A stretch of 64,000 bases of DNA from an uncultured virus (IMG/VR IMGVR_UViG_3300020582_000004) (Duplodnaviria > Heunggongvirae > Uroviricota > Caudoviricetes): IMG/VR virus record IMGVR_UViG_3300020582_000004; one strand, 5' to 3'. Numbering within the stretch: the first letter of the stretch is position 1; every line of letters starts with the position of its first letter. Shown piece after piece: positions 57,763 through 64,000 of this stretch. The notes below the pieces were generated by a model. It was not told the DNA's origin and did not search any database. It saw only the letters and a program-made list of their open reading frames with translations. The position numbers and the translations under genes were made by a program.

Positions 57763-58037
57763 CAGCCGCCTGCTTGTGGCCGCGTAAAGATGATTCGCTC
57801 CGCGTTTGCGTCGAATTCCTTCATCTGCTCGCCTGGCTCGCCGTTCTTTCCAGTCACGCGAAACGCCGTGTAGCCTTTTGCGACCATGTCTTTAAAGGTA
57901 CGACGCGCATTTGCAACCTCGTCCTCGTTATCACGAGACCACATCACCTTCGTGTCGCCGGTCTCGTCCGTGATCGCCATCCAATGCTTGCCGTCGAACG
58001 GAGTCGTCATTGCCTCGGTCATGAGATCTGATGCCAT
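57762..58037 (-). CDS. small protein ending in di-glycine
   Basis: 91 aa; C-terminus ERIIFTRPQAGG. Confidence 0.7.
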   Translation of the reverse strand: MASDLMTEAMTTPFDGKHWMAITDETGDTKVMWSRDNEDEVANARRTFKDMVAKGYTAFRVTGKNGEPGEQMKEFDANAERIIFTRPQAGG

Positions 58038-58061
58038 GGGATTCTCTCTTTCTTTTTCAAT

Positions 58062-58208
58062 TTCGGCATTCGAAAGAGGCAGAAGAAGCGAGTACTAATC
58101 GCTTCACGATCTAATCATCAACGCGTTAGTACCCGATAGCACCGGGTTATAAAACCCGACTCGGACGCCATGATGGATCATTTCCTTCTGCCTCTTGCGA
58201 ATGTCGAA
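58062..58208. ncRNA. candidate structured RNA
   Basis: 24-nt arms at 58062-58085 and 58185-58208 are 22/24 complementary and enclose nested hairpins. Confidence 0.5.
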
Positions 58209-58261
58209 GAAAGACGCACGGAGTCTACCAAGACTCCGTGCATCCTTGCTGCACAATCCGC

Positions 58262-58834
58262 TCAGTCCGCCTCGACCTGGAACGTCGGATCGGCAGCTGT
58301 CTCGGCCGCCTCGTCGCCCACGCCCTGAACCTCGCTGATCGCGATGATACGATGCGGCGCCGCCGAAACCTTGAGAGGCTTGACGTCGTACATCTTGCGA
58401 CCCTTGCCGATGTCACGCTGCGGAAGACGCGTGAACGAGACCTTGTGACCAGCCTTCGCCGGCCACATCCCGACGAAACCCTTCCACTCGGGCACCGCGA
58501 CCATGCAGCCCTTCGGAGCCTTGTGGAGTTTGTTATCGCCCTTGCTGCCTGGCATCCTGTCCGAGCCGCCGTTCTTGACGTGCTCGGTGGTCTCGAGGAC
58601 CTCGAAGACGAGCGAATTCGACTGAAGCTTCTCCGAACGCGCCTTGTCGATGAAGTTCACGAGAATGCCCGTGAACGAAGCGGAGATGTCCTTGGGAGGA
58701 GACCACCATCCGTCCACGCTTCCGCCGAATTGACCCTGCCAATCCTGCATGTCGTCATCCGCGCCGTTGGCGGGAGCCGAGGCACCCGTCGTTCCGGCCG
58801 GAGCTGCTTGCATCTTTTCATTCGCTTTTGCCAT
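58262..58834 (-). CDS. putative ssDNA-binding protein
   Basis: Beta-rich core with aromatic and basic residues, acidic C-terminal tail; replication-gene neighbourhood. Confidence 0.45.
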   Translation of the reverse strand: MAKANEKMQAAPAGTTGASAPANGADDDMQDWQGQFGGSVDGWWSPPKDISASFTGILVNFIDKARSEKLQSNSLVFEVLETTEHVKNGGSDRMPGSKGDNKLHKAPKGCMVAVPEWKGFVGMWPAKAGHKVSFTRLPQRDIGKGRKMYDVKPLKVSAAPHRIIAISEVQGVGDEAAETAADPTFQVEAD

Positions 58835-58859
58835 TTGGAATCTCCATCAATCACTAGAA

Positions 58860-58888
58860 CACAACTCACAACTCACAACTCACAACAC
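58860..58888. repeat. about 4 x 7-bp tandem repeat (CACAACT)
   Basis: acacaactcacaactcacaactcacaacac upstream of the SSB-like gene. Confidence 0.75.
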
Positions 58889-58911
58889 CGAGATCGGGAC
58901 CGAAGTCCCAA

Positions 58912-59424
58912 TCACGACTCTTTTGATTTCTCTAAATAATTCGCAGCCGCACGAAGCCAGTCTGGCCGATCAGCAAAACGGCCCAAACCATTATTGCACG
59001 AAGAGCACAACAAGCCTCGTAAAGCATTGGTAAACAAGCCTCGTAAAGCATTGGTAATATGATCATGATCAACTGCAAGCTCGCGCACCTTATCGCGGCA
59101 CTTGCTAGTTTCCTTTCGAAAACAAATCGCACATACACCATGCTGAGCCTTCAGCATCTCCTCATATTCAGAGACAGAGATGTTGAATTTTCGACGCAAT
59201 GCAGAACGCCGATCAGCCTGAAGCGCTTGAGCCCTATTGAGTGAACGCCACTTCTGTGAGTACTTTACTGAACGGCCGTCGGCCTTCGCTGCTGCTGCAA
59301 TAGCAGCCATCTTTTCGGGATGACGACGTGAGTAATCACGACATCTCGCTCTGCATTTTTCACAAGTCTTCAGCTTGACGCCTAATGCCTTTTGCACTCG
59401 GCACCTTCTACAGCCGCCAGCCAT
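58912..59424 (-). CDS. recombination endonuclease VII-family (His-Me) nuclease
   Basis: YEEMLKAQHGVCAIC...LAVDHDH...RGLLCSSCNNGLG. Confidence 0.9.
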   Translation of the reverse strand: MAGGCRRCRVQKALGVKLKTCEKCRARCRDYSRRHPEKMAAIAAAAKADGRSVKYSQKWRSLNRAQALQADRRSALRRKFNISVSEYEEMLKAQHGVCAICFRKETSKCRDKVRELAVDHDHITNALRGLFTNALRGLLCSSCNNGLGRFADRPDWLRAAANYLEKSKES

Positions 59425-60035
59425 TACTCAGCAGACGTCGTGGTTGCCTCGGTCGCGGCTGCCGTGACGCCGTTCGTGTGAGCGGCCTTCTTCGAAGCGT
59501 GATGCCTCGACTTGCTGCGCGCCTTGCCACCCTTCGGAGCTGTCTTCTTTGCCGCTTTCTTCTTGGTCTTCTTCGCGCCGCCTTTGCCACTCGCGCTCTT
59601 CTTGCTGCCAGCGAAGTACATCGTCGCGCGCTTGTGACCGCGCTTGGTGATCAAATGCTTTTTGAGAGCCTCTGCAATCAAGCGCGGAAGCTCTTTTCGC
59701 TCAATGCCGAGTTCCTCGCGAATGCCCTCAGCGTTGATGCCGTTCTTGCCACGGCCCCTAACTACACGAGCAAGAATCAAAGAGCCCGAAGCAATATCCT
59801 CTTCTGAACGACGAACGCGTTTGCCTCCACCGCTCGCCTTGCGACCCGGCTTGCGACCGGGCTTACGACCCGGCTTTTTTCCATTGCTAGCCTTTTCCGA
59901 CAAAGCGATCAGCTCGCCAATCGAAAGACTGCCCAAAGACGCTAGCGCTTCCTGCCTGCCGTCCTCTTTGCCCTCTTCGTATGCGTGATCCGCAACTTCA
60001 ACAGCCAGCGACCTGTACTCTTTCTCTTCAATCAT
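59424..60035 (-). CDS. basic histone-like/nucleoid-associated DNA-binding protein
   Basis: (KPGR)3; RRSEEDI...GINAEGIREELG...ITKRGHKRATMYF wHTH-like core; KKAAKK tail. Confidence 0.7.
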   Translation of the reverse strand: MIEEKEYRSLAVEVADHAYEEGKEDGRQEALASLGSLSIGELIALSEKASNGKKPGRKPGRKPGRKASGGGKRVRRSEEDIASGSLILARVVRGRGKNGINAEGIREELGIERKELPRLIAEALKKHLITKRGHKRATMYFAGSKKSASGKGGAKKTKKKAAKKTAPKGGKARSKSRHHASKKAAHTNGVTAAATEATTTSAE

Positions 60036-60054
60036 GATCGTTCACCTTTGTTTG

Positions 60055-60885
60055 TCAGTCGTAATTCTTGATCAAAAGCTCGCGGACCCCAACGCGGGAT
60101 GACGCTTTCGCTCCGATCATGTGCTTCACGGTTACCGGGACAATCGTGAACTCCTTGTATAGCGCACGAATCGTACTGGAGTCACCCTGAGAGCACAAAA
60201 ACTTTGCGCCACGCTTATGCACACTCGTGAGCGATTGCGCAAGTCGCTCGTGGTCTTTCTCACCGAATTTGCCTGCCGTGTAAGAGGTGAAGTTCGCGGA
60301 CTCGGACCTCGGCAGGTAAGGAGGATCAGCGTAAACGAAGTCACTCTTCTTTACTTCCGCAAGTCGATACATAAAGTCTTCTGACCAAAGATCGACGCCT
60401 TTCAATGCCGCACGCCATGTGTTCATGACGTCGGGCTCCACGATCGTCGGATTCACGTACGAGCCTATGGGCACATTGAACTTTCCCTTTCCGTTCACGC
60501 GCCACAAGCCATTGAAGCACGTCTTATTGAGATAACAAAAACGAATTGCACGAGCCAGCGACGTATCTGGCTCCTCATCTCTAATGCGATAATATTCTTT
60601 CTTCGAATGCTTGATCGCTTGAAGCCCTCGAATCAGCTCTGAAGTCTTGTTCTTTACAACCGAGTAAGCGTTCATCAACTCGGCATTCACATCATTGAGG
60701 ACAGCCCACGACGTACCAAACTCGCGAACTCTAGCCTCACCCTCGGACTCATAGAGAGCCAAGAACACGGCTCCGCCACCTACGAATGGCTCGTGGTAGC
60801 AACCCGTAAACGCGGGCACGTGCTGCATGATGGTGGGAACAAGCTTCGTCTTCCCACCTGCGGCTTTAAAACACGGCTTAGACAA
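60055..60885 (-). CDS. dam: Dam/D12-class DNA adenine methyltransferase
   Basis: AGGK, EPFVGGG, LNDVN, YLNKTCFNGLWRVN, YADPPY, ELLI. Confidence 0.93.
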   Translation of the reverse strand: MSKPCFKAAGGKTKLVPTIMQHVPAFTGCYHEPFVGGGAVFLALYESEGEARVREFGTSWAVLNDVNAELMNAYSVVKNKTSELIRGLQAIKHSKKEYYRIRDEEPDTSLARAIRFCYLNKTCFNGLWRVNGKGKFNVPIGSYVNPTIVEPDVMNTWRAALKGVDLWSEDFMYRLAEVKKSDFVYADPPYLPRSESANFTSYTAGKFGEKDHERLAQSLTSVHKRGAKFLCSQGDSSTIRALYKEFTIVPVTVKHMIGAKASSRVGVRELLIKNYD

Positions 60886-61113
60886 CTACCCCTTCAAACT
60901 ACCGAGCCTAGCGAGCCTCGGATCGTGGACGCGAGAGCGTCGCCACGCACCGTTCTTCTGCCAGCTCAGATGACCGCTCGTCAAACAAAATCGACGCGCT
61001 TCTAACAAAAACGACACACAGCTTATCCACAGCCGGCCTCACCGACGTGCATTCAACCACTTAGCTGACGCACTTAACGAAGTACTTCATCAACCACAAA
61101 CGAACCAACGAGC

Positions 61114-61596
61114 CTACCTCGGTCGCAGCTGATAGACGGGTTGACTGTTTCGCGAGTCACTCACGTGAAGCTCGTACTCATCTCCTTCAATCTCGATATC
61201 CGAAAGCTTGATGTGCGGATCAATGAAACCGTCTTCTTTGAGCACTCGCAAGATGTCAGCGTCCTTGGCCCCAGATGGAATTTCGATCGTGCCACTCGAC
61301 GAATAGACGTTGACCCCGAATCCGTCTTCTTCGTTGCCCCACACGTCGAGCGAATGTACATTATAGAGTTTGCCTCGAATCTTGATGGCGCGAGAAAGAC
61401 GCGATTCTTTGAGCAAGTGTTCGACTTCATCAGGTTCGCGCTCATGATCGATGACGACAGCGCCCTTATCTACAACCGTGAATTCTGCGCGCTTGCCTCT
61501 TTCAACAAGTACCGTTCCCCCACGTGCCTTGGCGTCATATCCCGCTTCCTGTAACGCGTCGACAATGACTTCGGCTGTCTCACTCGCACGACTCAT
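61114..61596 (-). CDS. shared-N-terminal-module family protein E
   Basis: ASETAEVIVDALQEAGY...VEHLLKESRLSRAI; C-domain SLDVWGNEEDGF.VN. Confidence 0.65.
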   Translation of the reverse strand: MSRASETAEVIVDALQEAGYDAKARGGTVLVERGKRAEFTVVDKGAVVIDHEREPDEVEHLLKESRLSRAIKIRGKLYNVHSLDVWGNEEDGFGVNVYSSSGTIEIPSGAKDADILRVLKEDGFIDPHIKLSDIEIEGDEYELHVSDSRNSQPVYQLRPR

Positions 61597-61909
61597 GACT
61601 CGCTCCTAATGAACTACGGTCCTTCGCTGAAAGCCGCACAAGAGGCCTATTGTGCGTGTCGCTGATCTTGACCCTCGGCCAAGGAAACACGAGCGAGCCC
61701 GGAATCGTGCCGTAAGTCCACGACACGCGATCCCCACTACGCGGCGCGTGAAGTCCGAAGACGAGAAGCGCGTGTGCAAGCTCCATGCGATACGCGTTAT
61801 CCGGTAAAAGTACGGAACCGCAGTCTTTCCAGTGATCGAGCATCGCGTCGTAGCGCTCGACGCGAAAGATGAAAAGCGGCCTGCGAAAAGCTAGCTGCTT
61901 ACGAGTCAT
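61580..61909 (-). CDS. hypothetical protein
   Basis: GAGGGT upstream; chain position. Confidence 0.5.
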   Translation of the reverse strand: MTRKQLAFRRPLFIFRVERYDAMLDHWKDCGSVLLPDNAYRMELAHALLVFGLHAPRSGDRVSWTYGTIPGSLVFPWPRVKISDTHNRPLVRLSAKDRSSLGASHESCE

Positions 61910-62804
61910 GCGACACCCTCACCTCGAATCACGGCTCGCCTCTCCCGCCGCGTCCACGATCCGTGAACGCGAGACCGAGGTTCACGATGCCGAAGATCAC
62001 ATTCAAGACGCCGACGAATACGAAAAAGCCACTGCGAATCGGGTGCGCATCAAATCGAAAGACTCCCCAGCCGATGAGCGCGACTCCTATAGCGAGAGCA
62101 ACCAGCCCGTCTTTCACGTTCGAACGCGAAAGCGGAAGCTTGGGCGTCAAGTCGTCGCTCACAGAGACACCACTCGACGTTCGAATGCGTCGAGACATGC
62201 GTTGCACGTTGCCAGAGACGATCGCGACTCCCAAACGAATTCTATTTCAGGAGTGAATGAGCCGTCGAAAAGCTCGATGAACGTCGCGCCGCACCACATC
62301 GTCGTGGTCATCTCCGACGATGGGCTCTTGCTCTCATTGACGATGTGCCGCATTCCTGGCGCCGATCCTACCACGACATCAGAGCGGCCCAAAAATCCTC
62401 ATCCCCTGGCTACGCCTCTCATCATCGACCTCGTCGCTCCTCTTGATTGAGCTGCCTCACGGCTTCACGAGCCTCGCTGCGCGTGTCCCAGTAGCTCACG
62501 AGCCCGAGCCCCGTTTCGAACCTCTCGAGCACGCACCACTTCGAATCCAGCTTCCGAACCAAAAACGGCACCTTCCATTTTTGGGCACTACTCTTTGTCA
62601 TCGCTATCTGTTCGCTTCTTTCTCGTATTCCGAGCATGCAGGCTCGGAATGCAGCTCGTATGAATCCCGGCTTGAGGTTCACGTTCTCCATTCGAGAGAG
62701 TCTCGGCAGCGACCGGTAAAATGGCCCAGTCCGTTCGGAACCCGCCGCACGAGACGCAGATCAAGTCCGTGCGTGACACGCGCTCGAGTGCGACTTTTAC
62801 CATC

Positions 62805-63041
62805 TTACGTTTCATGTTTCTCCCTTGGATGATCGAGTATCTCGAGCACGACGTTCTCGACGAAAGCAGGCGTCTTACTTCGCAACCACTCGAGCAAGCT
62901 CTCTCGAGTGAGGTACGAGATGTCGACTACATCCAGCCTTCCGTTCTCATCTACAGCGCACACACGAACTCCTGTTTTGTGCTTTAGGCGACGGCCTAAT
63001 CGATTAGGGTCGACGCGCAGAATCACCCCTGGAGACCCCAA
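62805..63041 (-). CDS. hypothetical protein
   Basis: TGV.V.A...DIS.LTRESLLEWLRS. Confidence 0.5.
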   Translation of the reverse strand: MGSPGVILRVDPNRLGRRLKHKTGVRVCAVDENGRLDVVDISYLTRESLLEWLRSKTPAFVENVVLEILDHPREKHET

Positions 63042-63256
63042 GTCACGCGGAGCTGATCGCAGTAGTCTTTGGAATCTTTCAGGCCCAACCCAGTCAAAGT
63101 GCGGTGCAACTTGATGGCACTGATGATCCCGTTCTGCTTCATCTCACGCATAACAGTAAGCTCGATTGCGGCCGGACCCGAAGACGAACCATTCACGACC
63201 TCTTTGCACTGAGCCACAATCTCGGCCCACGTATCACCGCGAACAATCAGCTCCAT
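63023..63256 (-). CDS. ribosomal protein bL12 (L7/L12) C-terminal-domain-like protein
   Basis: IISAIKLHRTLTGLGLKDSKDYCD matches the bL12 CTD pattern IxAIKxxRxxTGLGLKEAKDxVE. Confidence 0.75.
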   Translation of the reverse strand: MELIVRGDTWAEIVAQCKEVVNGSSSGPAAIELTVMREMKQNGIISAIKLHRTLTGLGLKDSKDYCDQLRVTWGLQG

Positions 63257-63408
63257 GACATCAACCCTCGCTTATCACGATGACAAGCGTGTAAACAATG
63301 GCGTTCACGGCTGCACCGCTGCGCGAGCAAGATACGCTCCCGCCATCAAGAACACCAGACAAGGAAGAACGAACGACGCAATCAACTTCACTCCATAGAT
63401 GAACCGCT

Positions 63409-64000
63409 TCATGACCACACCTTCACGCGCGCATCCTTGCGCGCCACCTTCACGGGTTTCACACCATCATCTCCAACATCATTCGAACCATTCGAAAGAA
63501 TGCTCTCGTCGTACGCAGGAACTCCCTGCGTGCACAAGTAACCAGTCACCGACTCAATCTCGCCCTCGGTGATCATCGGGCACTGCACGCGAACCGCGGC
63601 ATCGGCACCATTGAGTTTCACGAGCGAATCACCGCGACCCGTGAGCTGCTCAGCGCCTTGCTCATCGAGCACCACGCGCGAGTCGACTTTCTGCGACACG
63701 CGGAATGCGATGCGCGTCGGGAAGTTTGCTTTGATCGTGCCCGTGATGACATCAACCGAAGGACGCTGCGTCGCAAGGATCAAGTGCATGCCTGCGGCAC
63801 GCGCCTTCTGAGCAAGCCGAGCGACGAGCGCTTCAACGGCTTTTCCTTGCGACGCAATGAGGTCCGCGAACTCGTCCACGACGATCACGATGTAAGGCAG
63901 CTTCCCCGAAGAGGTCTTCGCACGAGCGTTGAACGTCGCGATGTTCTTTGCACCCGCTGACGCAAGGAGCTGGTAACGACGCTCCATCTCGCTCACGGCC
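63409..64000 (-). CDS. ftsK: FtsK/SpoIIIE DNA translocase (5' part outside the window)
   Basis: EMERRY...LPYIVIVVDEFADL...RLAQKARAAGMHLILATQRPSVDVITGTIKANFPTRIAF...GAEQL.GRGD. Confidence 0.93.
   Translation of the reverse strand, partial: AVSEMERRYQLLASAGAKNIATFNARAKTSSGKLPYIVIVVDEFADLIASQGKAVEALVARLAQKARAAGMHLILATQRPSVDVITGTIKANFPTRIAFRVSQKVDSRVVLDEQGAEQLTGRGDSLVKLNGADAAVRVQCPMITEGEIESVTGYLCTQGVPAYDESILSNGSNDVGDDGVKPVKVARKDARVKVWS

Noticed and set aside
1..64000. Bacterial chromosomal core region (because of folA, dam, ftsK, a response regulator and bL12-like)
   Set aside because: These genes are isolated among more than 100 short unknown ORFs with no bacterial operon context, and all are families known from large phages. 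No terminase, portal or major capsid gene was recognised in this window, so the phage call rests on gene content and organisation.
1..64000. Alternative genetic code (stop-codon reassignment)
   Set aside because: Recognisable genes are full length under the standard code and end in TAA, TAG or TGA; no suppressor tRNA was seen.

Overview
This window looks like part of a large, GC-rich dsDNA phage genome. It is densely packed with short, mostly minus-strand genes that often overlap at ATGA, and it has no bacterial housekeeping synteny. The host may be a myxobacterium (inference only). Recognisable products: Pth2-like hydrolase, RelE/HigB-XRE toxin-antitoxin pair, macrodomain, response regulator, GNAT, dual-specificity phosphatase, VRR-NUC nuclease, DEDDh exonuclease, three candidate envelope hydrolases, SLOG protein, DHFR, SNF2 helicase, MazG-like, NDT-like, endonuclease VII, Dam-family methylase, bL12-like protein and FtsK. 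The standout locus is 5.77-8.23 kb. A lone Cas7/RAMP-like gene and a coupled accessory gene are followed on the same strand by a ~1 kb non-coding array. The array has 17 GGCCGG(AAA) delimiters, and each unit is a run of 7-15 pentamers made of a constant GGA plus a variable NN. This suggests an RNA-guided system with a gapped dinucleotide code rather than a classical CRISPR array. Also notable are four non-canonical 8/4 tRNA-Ser genes, a Pth2 frame with no in-frame start, five proteins sharing an N-terminal module, a tandem zinc-finger/coiled-coil paralogue family, a small protein ending in di-Gly, and a candidate structured ncRNA. All product calls come from motif recognition by eye; no database searches were run.
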